Shown here piece by piece: positions 11,896 to 22,490 of a DNA stretch of 64,000 bases. The number at the start of each line of letters is the position of its first letter. Within the stretch, counting starts at the first letter, position 1. The notes beneath the pieces were generated by a model. The model did no database searches. It had not been told where the DNA came from and was given only the letters and a program-made list of their open reading frames with translations. The translations under genes and the position numbers were made by a program. This DNA is from Planktothrix sp. GU0601_MAG3 (lineage in GTDB: Bacteria > Cyanobacteriota > Cyanobacteriia > Cyanobacteriales > Microcoleaceae). Location of the stretch: positions 3,316,578-3,380,577 of the forward strand of contig CP136572.1 in the NCBI GenBank assembly GCA_035193785.1, written 5' to 3'.

Positions 11896-12553
11896 TTAGC
11901 GACGAATATCCATTAAATTAGCATTAACCATTGTGGTATTTTCTAAGGTCGCTCCGGCTAAATCTGAAGCGGTTAAATTTGCACCCGTGAGATTAGCATT
12001 AGTTAAATCGGCATCGCGTAAATTAACACCACTGATATCAAATCCATATAAACTACCTTCTTGTAGCTTCACTTGACCTAAAGTAGTAACAGATTGTTGA
12101 GCATTTCTGAGGTTAGCACCCGTTAAATCTGCACTCTCTAAATTTGCTCCGATTAGATTAGCATGACTCAAGTTAGCATAGTTTAAATTAGCAATTACTA
12201 GACCCGCTAAACTCAGGTTAGCATGACTTAAATTAGATTTTTCTAAATTAGCGCCATGTAATTTAGCTGCAACCAGATTAGCACCCTGTAAGTTAGCTTC
12301 GGTCAATACAGCCCGATTAAAATTCACTTCATTTAGATTAGCACCCTGTAAATTAGTGCCTTTTAAGTTGGCATCTCGGAGATTAGCACCCTGAAGATTC
12401 AAACCTGCCAACTGGGCGCTACTGAGGTCGCATCCAGGGCAGTTTTTGGTTTCCAATAGCTGCTTGAGATGGGCGGGGTTTCTCAGCCTGAGCGGGAACA
12501 GTTAAACCCAAGATCATCATCACTACTGTGGTGGCTACTGTTGCGAATTTCAT
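11896..12553 (-). CDS. Secreted/lumenal pentapeptide repeat protein (one apparent frameshift)
   Basis: Signal peptide MKFATVATT...AQA, ENPAHLKQLLETKNCPGCDL, many A(N/D)L repeats. Confidence 0.88.
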
Positions 12554-12703
12554 ACCCACACCCTCAAAAAACTTTATCTTCTACATCATCTTTTATTATC
12601 GGGCATTAGGGTATGCGTGGAATCCCCGTTGTCTGTGATATTATTTTGATCCCTGTGTGACGGAAATCACTGAGAAAAACCGTTACTGTTGATACAGTCC
12701 CCT

Positions 12704-13769
12704 CTAAACCACAAGCTTTCGGATTAAATCCCCTAATTGTTCTGCACTGTTGGTGATGGCGACGGAGGCGGCGGCTTGGGCCATTTGTTGCAACTGTTCC
12801 GGTGATTTTAGTAGATACAAAACTTTACTTCCTAACAAGTCTGCGGTCAAGTCTTTTTGTTGAAATACCCAAGCCGCACCCGCCGCGGCAAAAACCTTGG
12901 CGTTATAGGTTTGATGGTCTTCGGCGGCAAAGGGATAGGGAATTAAAATTGAAGGAGTATGGGTAATGGCTAATTCCGTTAAGGTTCCTGCCCCAGCCCG
13001 ACTCACGGCTAAAGTCGCCCGTTGAAACAGGGCCGCCATATCGTTATAAAAGGGCATTTTGATATAGTGAGGATGGTTTAAGGCTTCCACGTCGGGGTCA
13101 TTATTTCCCGTTAGGTGGACGACCCACGCCCCGGCTGCAAACCAAGTGGGAGCAGCCTCTCGGACTAATTTATTCACACTTACCGCCCCTTGACTTCCCC
13201 CTACCACCACAACCACGGGAACATCATCGGGGAGGAAAAAAGATAGGGGGGCAGAGGTCTGGAGAAAGTTGGAACGCACGGGGGTTCCGACTACAACCGT
13301 ATTAGTACGGGGAAGGTAGGGAATGGCCGCTTCAAAACCCAAACCCACGGCATTACACCAGGGGCCAAAATTGCGGGTAACTTTTCCAGGTAGGGCGTTA
13401 GACTCATGGAGAATTACGGGCAGACCGAGGGAACGAGCCGCAATAATAGCTGGTGCGGCAATATAGCCTCCGGTGGTGAATACCCCGCGAAAGTTACCTT
13501 TTTTTAGAAGATGGCGAACTTGCACCAGGGAAACGGGCGAATTTGACTAGGATTTTGAGGGTTCCTAAACCCGGGCGTTGCTGGAAGCCTTCAACGGAGA
13601 TGGTATGGAGGGGATATTGGGGGGGGACTAATTCTCGTTCTAGGCGATCGGGAACACCTAGCCATTCTATCTCAAAATCCGACAGGTTTTCGGCGGTGGC
13701 GATCGCCGGAAATAAATGTCCACCTGTCCCACTGGCGGCAATGAGTAAGCGAATGGGTGTCTGACTCAA
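12704..13769 (-). CDS. murG: Undecaprenyl-PP-MurNAc-pentapeptide GlcNAc transferase (one apparent frameshift)
   Basis: ASGTGGHLFP, GGY, HESN, GGSQGA, SRAGA, LIPYP, HQTYNA. Confidence 0.95.
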
Positions 13770-13864
13770 GTTTTTTCCCCTAGAATCCGTTCAAATTTGT
13801 GTTACAGCTTTTTAAGTTACCATAAAACTTACAGAAAATCCCTATTCTTAATCTTGAAAATCCC

Positions 13865-14707
13865 ATGACAATTTTCCCCATAGTTCAACGACAATCTTTT
13901 CAGAACAGGTATGGTGTACAGATGCGCCATTTATGGGCAAAGCCATTATTTTCCGTAGTTCTAGGAACGATACTTTGGGGAATGGGTACGGGAATTTCCC
14001 CACGGGCGAATGCTGAGACCCCAGAAACGGCCCCCGCCAATGTGACTAATCTTTTAAATCAAATTGATACCGCCGCTAATCGTCAAGATGTGGAAAAGGT
14101 CATGGGTTTTTATGGCTCAAATTTCACTAATTCCGATGGCTTAAATTATCAAAGTTTGAGACAGGTTCTTAAAGATTTTTGGAATAGATACTCTCAGCTT
14201 AATTATCGCACAGAATTACAATCTTGGCAACAGAATGGTGATATTTTAACCACGACAACTATTACGGAAATTACCGGAAATAAAAAGATTGATAATCGCG
14301 AGTTTTCCCTAACCTCCACCATCACTTCACAGCAACAAATTCAAGGAGAAAAAATTATTAAACAGGAAATTATAGCGGAAAAAAATCAACTCACTTTAGG
14401 CAATAAACCGCCGACGGTAGTTTTTAATCTTCCAGAACAAGTCAAAGCGGGTCAGGAATTTAATATTGATGCAATTGTTCAGGAACCTTTAGAGAATGAT
14501 ATTTTAATTGGAACTGCTATTGCACAACCTGTCACCGCAGAAACCTATAACAATTCTGATCTTTTACAATTAGAATTTTTACCATCTGGCGGTGTTTTTA
14601 AAGTAGGTAAAGCCCCTGATAATGCCGGAAATAATTGGATTTCTGCTATTTTAATGCGTCAAGGAGGATTAACCTTAATCACGCAACGTTTACGAGTAGT
14701 TAAATAA
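13865..14707 (+). CDS. Secreted NTF2/SnoaL-like domain protein
   Basis: Signal peptide, then DTAANRQDVEKVMGFYGSNFTNSDG; resembles a conserved cyanobacterial family. Confidence 0.6.
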   Translation: MTIFPIVQRQSFQNRYGVQMRHLWAKPLFSVVLGTILWGMGTGISPRANAETPETAPANVTNLLNQIDTAANRQDVEKVMGFYGSNFTNSDGLNYQSLRQVLKDFWNRYSQLNYRTELQSWQQNGDILTTTTITEITGNKKIDNREFSLTSTITSQQQIQGEKIIKQEIIAEKNQLTLGNKPPTVVFNLPEQVKAGQEFNIDAIVQEPLENDILIGTAIAQPVTAETYNNSDLLQLEFLPSGGVFKVGKAPDNAGNNWISAILMRQGGLTLITQRLRVVK

Positions 14708-14720
14708 TCAGTCACCAGTT

Positions 14721-14782
14721 GTAGGGGCGGGTTCATCAAGATGCGCGGTAATTAACAAAGAACTCACAAAACCCGCCCGTAC
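14721..14782. repeat. 62-bp REP-B palindrome
   Basis: GTAGGGGCGGGTT...AACCCGCCCGTAC. Confidence 0.85.
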
Positions 14783-14834
14783 CAGTCATTAGTTTATTAC
14801 CCATTCGTAATTCGTAATTCCTAACTAATTCCCC

Positions 14835-15816
14835 ATGATTCCTTTATTAGAGGTTAAAAATCTAGCCATTCAGTTCTTTACCCTTGACGGGGTGGTTCAT
14901 GCTGTGAATGGAATTTCCTATCAAGTATATCCAGGGGAAACCCTAGGAATTGTTGGGGAGTCGGGGTCGGGAAAAAGTATTAGTGTCCTATCAATTTTAG
15001 GGTTAATTCCATCACCTCCAGGGAAAATTACCCAAGGTGAAATTTTATTTGAAGGTAAAAATTTAATTAAATTCAATCCTCAACAATTACAAAAAATTCG
15101 GGGTCGTGAAATTGCCATGGTTTTTCAAGATCCCATGACTTCCCTTAACCCCGTTTTAACTATTGGTAAACAACTGACTGAAGCCCTACAAATTCATCTT
15201 AAACTTACTTCCGAACAAGCCAAAAATCGAGCAATTCAACTGTTGAAACAGGTGGGAATTTCTAGCCCAGAAAAACGCTTAAAAAGTTATCCCCATGAAT
15301 TTTCTGGGGGAATGCGTCAACGGGTAATGATTGCCATGGGTTTAGGATGTCAACCTAAATTATTAATCGCAGATGAACCTACAACCGCCTTAGATGTAAC
15401 GGTTTCAAGCGCAGGTTGTAGAATTAGTTAAACAACTGAAAAACGAACAGGGAATGTCTGTGATTTGGATTACCCATGACTTAGCATTATTAGCAGGATT
15501 AGCCGATAGAATTATAGTCATGTATGCCGGGCAAATTGTGGAACTAGCCACGGTTCATCAACTCTATAAAAACCCTCGTCATCCCTATACTATCGGATTA
15601 TTAGAAAGTTTACCTCGATTGGATCAAATTCGTCAAGAACCATTAAAATCTATTGCTGGAATGCCACCTAATTTAATGGATTATCCCCCAGGATGTCCCT
15701 TTGCTCCGCGATGTCAATTTGCCATTGAACATTGTTTTCAAGAAAATCCTAAATTAGAATTAATTGAACCTGATCATCAAGTCGCTTGTTGGGTAATGTC
15801 TGAAATGGATTGTTAA
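14835..15816 (+). CDS. Oligopeptide/dipeptide ABC transporter ATP-binding protein, DppD/OppD-like (one apparent frameshift)
   Basis: GESGSGKS, FSGGMRQR, ADEPTTALDVTVQAQ after correction, HPYT, GCPFAPRC. Confidence 0.93.
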
Positions 15817-15835
15817 TAAATAGTTAATTTAATAT

Positions 15836-16251
15836 TAGTCCGCGCAGGCGGACTTCGTTTCTGTAGACGCGATTTCCAATCGCCGGAATCACAATTTCTA
15901 ATCACAATCGCCGGAATCACAATTTCTAATCACTAATCGCCGGAATCACAATTTCTAATCACTAATCGCCGGAATCACAATTTCTAATCACTAATCGCCG
16001 GAATCACAATTTCTAATCACTAATCGCCGGAATCACAATCGCCGGAATCACAATTTCTAATCGCTAATCGCCGGAATCACAATCGCCGGAATCACAATTT
16101 CTAATCGCTAATCGCCGGAATCACAATCGCCGGGATATGATTATTGGAATATGATTATTGCGGGGTAAATCCATACCTCGGTCAATACCTTCGGTCAAAA
16201 CCTCGGCGATTGAAATCGCGTCTACACGGACAAAACCCGCCTGCGCGGGTT
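15836..16251. repeat. Inverted pair of about 50-bp REP-C elements enclosing a 29/15-bp tandem array
   Basis: TAGTCCGCGCAGGCGGACT...GTAGACGCGATTTCCAATCGCCG (15836-15885); 11 copies of AATCGCCGG; inverse element at 16204-16251. Confidence 0.9.
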
Positions 16252-16280
16252 GAGGATAAATTTAGGATATTATAATTAAC

Positions 16281-16731
16281 ATGAGAGAAAATTTCACGCA
16301 AATGTATCTCCATTATGTCTGGGCAACCTGGGATAGATTACCTTTGATTACTCCCGATATTCAGCAAGAAATCTATGCCGTTATTATTGGAGAATGTAAA
16401 AAGTTAGAATGTACTGTAATCGCAGTTGGAGGTATAGAAGACCATGTTCACTTGCTAATAGGTTTTCCAACAACTTTAGCGGTAGCTGAAATAATTAAGC
16501 AAATTAAGGGGAGTTTCTTCTCATTTTGTAACTCACCAACTTAAACCCGGTGATTTTTTTAAGTGGCAAGGTAGCTACGGGGCGTTTACTGTTAGCCGCG
16601 ATGCTATCGACAGTGTAGCTAATTATATCAAAAATCAAGCTGTTCACCACCGTCAGCAATCAATGATTTCTGAGTGGGAATTAATTTCTAAAACTACCCC
16701 TAGTCCGCGTAGGCGGACTTCGTTTCTGTAG
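16281..16731 (+). CDS. Stand-alone IS200-like Y1 HUH transposase (REP-associated candidate; one apparent frameshift)
   Basis: YLHYVWAT, EDHVHLL (HUH), KGSSSH, WQGSYGAFTVS, NYIKNQ..HH; stop codon lies inside the downstream REP-C. Confidence 0.85.
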
Positions 16732-16935
16732 ATGCGATTTCCAATCGCCGAATTTCCTCTAATCTCGGCTCTAATCTTGGCGATTGAAATCGCGCCTACA
16801 CAGACAAAACCCGCCTGCGCGGGTTGTAAGAATCTTCGATTGCACATTCTCTGCTCCCTTCTTAGTCCGCGTAGGCGGACTTCGTTTCTGTAGACGCGAT
16901 TTCCAATCGCCGAATTTCCAATCGCCGAATTTCCT
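16701..16935. repeat. Three further REP-C elements (inverted pair plus single)
   Basis: Copies at about 16701-16750 (+), 16778-16826 (-) and 16863-16912 (+), the last followed by a TCCAATCGCCGAATT duplication. Confidence 0.88.
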
Positions 16936-16961
16936 ATATAAACATTTTTCATAATAAAAAT

Positions 16962-17982
16962 ATGGTTAATACTTTAGAAACAAAACTTAAATCTAATCAA
17001 AAAAATACCCCCCTAATTCGGGTAGAAAACTTACAAAAACACTTTCCCGTCATGGAAGGTATTTTACTACGAAAGCAAGTGGCAACAATTAAAGCCGTTG
17101 ATGGAATTACCTTTAATATTAATAGGGGAGAAACCTTAAGTTTAGTGGGAGAGTCAGGTTGTGGAAAAAGTACAACTGGACGAATGATTTTACAACTTTC
17201 TCGTCCTACGGCGGGAAAAATTTACTTTGAAAATACCGATTTAACTGCTCTAAATTCCAAGGAATTGCAGCCCTTTCGTCGCCGAATGCAAATGATTTTT
17301 CAAGATCCCTATTCGTCTTTAAATCCGCGAATGACTATAGGAAAAATTATTAGTGAACCTTTAATCATTCATCAATTAGCTACAAATACAATAGCTCAAA
17401 ATCGCGTTAAAGAATTATTAGAATTAGTGGGATTAAATGATGATGTTATTAATCGTTATCCCCATGAATTTTCAGGAGGACAACAACAAAGAATTGGAAT
17501 TGCTAGAGCCTTAGCCATGAATCCCGATGTAATTATTTGCGATGAACCGATTGCAGCTTTGGATGTTTCAATTCAAGCCCAAGTAATTAATTTAATGCAA
17601 AATCTACAGCAAACTTTAGGGTTAACCTATCTGTTTATTGCCCATGATTTAAGTATAGTTCGTCATATTTCTGACCGAGTGGCAGTGATGTATTTGGGCA
17701 AAATTGTTGAACTTTCAGATAGGATTTCTTTGTATGAAAATCCGCTCCATCCCTATACCCAAGCCCTACTATCCGCCGTCCCAATTCCTGACCCCGAATT
17801 AGAAGCAAAACGACAACGAATTTTATTAACTGGAGAAGTTCCTAGTCCTGTAAACTCCCCAAAGGGATGTCGATTTTGTAGCCGTTGTCCCTCCGTTATG
17901 GAACAATGTTGGCTGGAAGAAACCCCGATTAAAAAATATGGGTTCAAACCATTCCGTAGCCTGTCATTTGATTAAAGATTAA
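16962..17982 (+). CDS. Oligopeptide/dipeptide ABC transporter ATP-binding protein, DppF/OppF-like
   Basis: [36 protein letters not shown]-terminal VACHL restored at GAAAC about 17918. Confidence 0.93.
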
Positions 17983-18167
17983 TCACAAATTTAATGAATT
18001 TGGCTCTAAATATCCAAGGATTTTAGCAGATTCGATATCTAATAATCCTCAAGAAAATATTAAGTTCCGAGTCGGGTCTGAACAGTCCACACTCCGATCA
18101 AAATTCAAGCTATCATAATTTCAAATCAACCCCTATTGTTTATGGAGGGCCAGGAAACTGGTAAAAC

Positions 18168-19902
18168 GTGCCTATCGAAACGATTTATGGTCAACTGCAA
18201 GGTCTAAAAGCCAGTCAGCTTAAACGGTTGCAAAGCCTGTATCATCAACGATTACCCGGCGATTTGATTACAACCGTAGAATTTGCCCAGCGACTAGCGG
18301 CCATCAGCACAGAAATTGATCAGCCTCTGTGCGCCTATATTAACCGCAGGGGACAGGTAATCCGGGTGGGGGTGGGAACTCCTCGCCAGACTCAAATTCC
18401 CCCCTTAGAACTGCCCCGCTATGGGAATGGACGCCTGAGTGGCATTCGCTGTATTACCACCCAAACTAGCCCGGAACCCCCCAAAGAAGCAGCTTTGACC
18501 GCCATGGCGATTCAACGTTTGGACATTCTGGTGGTTCTCACCCTAACGGGAAGTGGTTTTCAGCGACGGGGAGGGGGTGAAACGGGCTATGTTAAAGACA
18601 CCTATCTGGCTCACCTTGTCCCAGATATGGAGACGGGAAATCATCAACAAATTGATAACGGTTTTTCGGCGATTCCCTATTATTTATCGTTGCCTATGAG
18701 TCTGGATTCCCTATCGCAACAGGATTTTCTCGATTTAGTCAACGAACTGGAAACGGAATTTGAACGGGAATTTGTGGCCCGGGAAGTCGATTCTAGTCAG
18801 GATAAAGTGCTATTAGTGGGGGTGAAAACGGATAAAATATCCCCCCAACGGTTTGAAGATGGGTTAACGGAATTAGTGCGTTTAGTGGATACCGCCGGGG
18901 GTCAGGTGTTACAAACTTTACGCCAAAAGCGATCGCATCCTCACCCCCAAACCGTTGTCGGAGAGGGTAAAGTCCAAGAAATTGCCTTGGTTGCCCAAAC
19001 CATCGGAGCTAATTTAATTGTATTTGACCGCGACCTATCCCCCGCCCAGGTTCGTAACTTAGAAACCCAAATCGGGGTCAGGGTTGTAGACCGAACCGAA
19101 GTTATCCTCGATATTTTTGCCCAACGTGCCCAGTCGGGGGCGGGAAAATTACAGGTGGAATTAGCCCAACTGGAATATAGTTTACCCCGCTTAACGGGTC
19201 GAGGTCGGGCTATGTCTCGCTTAGGGGGTGGCATTGGAACCCGGGGGCCAGGGGAAACCAAACTGGAAACCGAACGCAGGGCTATCCAACGCCGCATCTC
19301 CCGGCTCCAACAGGAAGTCAATCAACTGCAAGCCCATCGTTCTCGGCTGCGCCAAAATCGTCAAGTTCGAGAGGTTTCCGACCTTAGCGTTAGTCGGCTA
19401 TACCAATGCTGGAAAGTCAACCTTATTGAACGTTTTAACCCAGTCGGAAGTCTATACGGCTGACCAACTGTTTGCTACCCTTGACCCCACAACTCGCCGT
19501 TTAGAGATTCCTGATACGATAACGGAGGAGCCTTTGACGGTGGTAATCACAGATACAGTCGGATTTATCCATGAACTTCCGCCTCCTTTAGTTAATGCGT
19601 TTCGAGCTACTTTAGAGGAGGTAACAGACGCGGATGCCTTAATTCATTTAGTGGATTTGTCCCATCCCGCTTGGGAAAGTCAAATTGAGTCGGTAATGCA
19701 GATTTTAAGGGAAATGCCGGTCACTCCTGGCCCGGGATTATTAGCGTTTAATAAAATTGATCAAACTGATGGGGAAAATTTACGATTAGCGCAGGAAAAA
19801 TACCCCCAAGCGGTTTATATTTCTGCTTCTAAAGCGTTAGGTTTAGAAACCCTGAGAAAACGCATGGCGGCTTTAGTCCATTATGCAATTTCTAATCGTT
19901 AA
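18168..19902 (+). CDS. hflX: GTPase HflX, long cyanobacterial form (one apparent frameshift)
   Basis: ILDIFAQRA, GGGIGTRGPGETKLE, GYTNAGKS, FATLDPT, DTVGF, NKID. Confidence 0.95.
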
Positions 19903-19973
19903 AATCTGGGGATAGAAACTAGATGTTCTGAATAAAGGTGCAAAACCTCCCACAGCCCATTAAGTTCCCTGTA

Positions 19974-20045
19974 CCCGGAAATAAATTTCGGGCTGTAGAG
20001 ACGTGCCATGGCGCGTCTCTCTACTGAAATTTATTTCAAGGCTTA
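19974..20045. repeat. REP-A palindrome nested within GAAATAAATTTC-type palindromes
   Basis: CCCGGAAATAAATTTCGGGCT, then GTAGAGACGTGCCATGGCGCGTCTCT, then CTGAAATTTATTTCAAGGCT. Confidence 0.7.
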
Positions 20046-20094
20046 AAGCTAAAATTTACACCAATAAGGCAGATCTCGACCCTACGATGAATTA

Positions 20095-20229
20095 CATTTT
20101 TATAACGGATTTAAAGTTTCTATAAATTTGCGATCGCTTAAATTCTTAAATAGTTTATCTGATCGGGAAAGAGAAAAAATTAGGCAGAAATTCAAAGAGT
20201 TAGTTTCTGCTATTGAAAGGTGTCTATAA
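20095..20229 (+). pseudogene. Possible RelE/ParE-like toxin N-terminal remnant
   Basis: Frame reads FKVSINLRSLKFLNSLSDREREKIRQKFKEL then stops; no clear start. Confidence 0.3.
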
Positions 20230-20374
20230 GTAGGTTTATGGGTGAGAAATCACATTCTTCAAAAAAATTATATAATAAACAATAACTCAATTCAAAAGCC
20301 ATTTATTAACGTTACCGATATTCGCAATCAAGTTAATATTAATAATTTTGAATAGCATCTCATTAAAATTTAGT

Positions 20375-21148
20375 TTATGCTTCATTTGACTGTGAACTAT
20401 TTGTTATTTCAAGTACGTCAATCACTACTTTTGCCGCCTCCATCAAACCTTTTGTGAAAGGAGCATATCCAGTTGAACAACAAGTTTTAATAATGTCTAA
20501 ATTAATCTGAAATGCTAGTTTCCATCGAATTTGAAGGGGTCGTTGATTGCTACTAACATCTAAGAGATAAGTTGATTTGGCGATCGCTGTTTCTAAAACA
20601 TTCTTGATCTCATCTAAGGTTTCTATATTCTCCAGTTGTTCAATTTCTACATCTAAAATATTTGAAACAGTTTGAATATCAGCCAACAACCACGCCTCAA
20701 AATTCTTAATTGCTAAACCTCCAGCACTGCGCTCATTAATCGGTTGATCATTAACATCTAAATGATTATCACGAATTCTATTTAAAGCACGTTCTAAGTC
20801 AATCTGTCTTTGAGGTAGTTTATCATCCCCATCAGCCACAATCAGGATTAGATCTACCTCCTCTGGTTTCCAAGAAATTACTACCTGTGCTAAATATTTT
20901 GGGTCTAAAATTGAATGTCCAGTACGCAGTTTACAGACTCGACTTTCATTAATTGATGGGTGTCTTTGTACAAAATCACAATCAGGTAATCCCGCACTTT
21001 TGAGTTCTCGTCTAATTAAAGTATGAAGTGCTCCTTCTTTATCCTTTTCAATAATTTTTCCACCGTCTTCTGGTTTAATATAAGGAATACTTGCGCCTAA
21101 TTCTGCTTCCCCTTCAGCAATTAATCCAATCCGAATTGGACGACTCAT
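20375..21148 (-). CDS. DUF4276-like (TOPRIM-like) protein
   Basis: IGLIAEGEAE, LIVADGD, IKNFEAWLLAD; ATGA overlap with the upstream ATPase stop. Confidence 0.65.
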   Translation of the reverse strand: MSRPIRIGLIAEGEAELGASIPYIKPEDGGKIIEKDKEGALHTLIRRELKSAGLPDCDFVQRHPSINESRVCKLRTGHSILDPKYLAQVVISWKPEEVDLILIVADGDDKLPQRQIDLERALNRIRDNHLDVNDQPINERSAGGLAIKNFEAWLLADIQTVSNILDVEIEQLENIETLDEIKNVLETAIAKSTYLLDVSSNQRPLQIRWKLAFQINLDIIKTCCSTGYAPFTKGLMEAAKVVIDVLEITNSSQSNEA

Positions 21149-22278
21149 GCAGGATTTCCTCCAAATACATTGGTAAACCAAAGTTCACCTAAAGCACCAT
21201 CATAAGCTTCCAGTGCTTTTTGAAAACGCACAGAATCTATGGGTAAACTATGAACTTGAGTTTTACCTTCTTGATCAAGTTCAACAGCACGAACTTGATA
21301 AGGCTCAACATAATTTAACAGGACAGGAGAATGGGTTGTAATTAAAACTTGAACAGGTTTACCCGCTATTCCTTCTGTTGATACTATTTTCAATAATTCC
21401 ATCATTTTATGCAGTAACCAGGGATGAACTCCGTTCTCTATTTCTTCAAAACAAAGAATACTCGGAGTGTCTTCTTGATAAAGTGCAGTTAGGAAAGCGA
21501 GGATTCTCAGTGTTCCATCGGATATGTCAGAAGCTGGGATATGATGTTCTGAATATCTATCTACTAATTCCAGCAAAAAGGTTTGATTATTTTTACGAGG
21601 TAATGTAATTCTTTGTATATTCGGAACAAGTTGTGTTAAACGTTCCTCTAATTCATCAAACTTTTTACGATTAGCGTGCAAAATATCAACTAGAGCATAA
21701 ACAATCCCTTGCCCTGTCCTTTCCATACTACCGTTTGATGAGCCATTATTGGATAAGTAAACTGGGGAAAAATCGTAAATACTCACCTTTCTTAAGGCAT
21801 TGGCAACCAAAGAATCGGGGTATTGATTAGAAACCAAAAATTGTCTGAGTTCAGAAGTAAACTTACTTATTTTATTACAAGTTTGTTTAATATTTCCTAT
21901 AGAAACTTTTTGCTGAAGATAATCAAGATGAACTAATAGATCTGAAAATATTTTAATTTCTTCATAAGAATTGTTTTCTGTTGTAAGATGGGTACTCACT
22001 TCAAATAACATTGAATCTAATTTTCCATGCCAAAATTTAGATTCAAAACTCTGTTGATTTTTACTGACAATTGTTAAAGAATTAGCAAACAAAGGTATTA
22101 TTTCTGTAACATTCGTAGCAGCTACCACCTTTTGGAGAAAATCAGATAATACAGCTAAAGATTCACAAATATTTGATTTTCCCGAACCATTCGGCCCAAT
22201 AAAGACAGTTAAGGGTTCTAAATCAACTTCTGTATCAAAGAGGCTTTTATAGTGCTGAACTCGTAGTTTAGATAACAT
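21145..22278 (-). CDS. AAA_21/AAA_15-type ABC ATPase
   Basis: Walker A GPNGSGKS, signature SDGTLR, Walker B LCFEEIENGVHP, H-loop TTHSP. Confidence 0.9.
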   Translation of the reverse strand: MLSKLRVQHYKSLFDTEVDLEPLTVFIGPNGSGKSNICESLAVLSDFLQKVVAATNVTEIIPLFANSLTIVSKNQQSFESKFWHGKLDSMLFEVSTHLTTENNSYEEIKIFSDLLVHLDYLQQKVSIGNIKQTCNKISKFTSELRQFLVSNQYPDSLVANALRKVSIYDFSPVYLSNNGSSNGSMERTGQGIVYALVDILHANRKKFDELEERLTQLVPNIQRITLPRKNNQTFLLELVDRYSEHHIPASDISDGTLRILAFLTALYQEDTPSILCFEEIENGVHPWLLHKMMELLKIVSTEGIAGKPVQVLITTHSPVLLNYVEPYQVRAVELDQEGKTQVHSLPIDSVRFQKALEAYDGALGELWFTNVFGGNPA

Positions 22279-22490
22279 CTCTTTTAGAGTAAGCAGATTT
22301 ATTTATTATATAACAACATTAAACACTTTGTAAAACAAAAACTTTTGTTCACGCAAAGGATGTTTACCTACCATACCCTATGCAATCTCATACCGCTATA
22401 ATGCTCAGGTTTGGTTAACTGCGATCGCTCCTGTTGAAACCGGGTTTCTCAACGAATCAGAAACCCGGTTTCTTGATTTTTAAGACAATT

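Noticed and set aside
15878..16133. Repeat array as a CRISPR or guide-RNA array
   Set aside because: Units are contiguous and near-identical with no unique spacers; no cas genes in the window
16653..16952. 99-aa minus-strand ORF
   Set aside because: Made of REP-C copies; no coding signal
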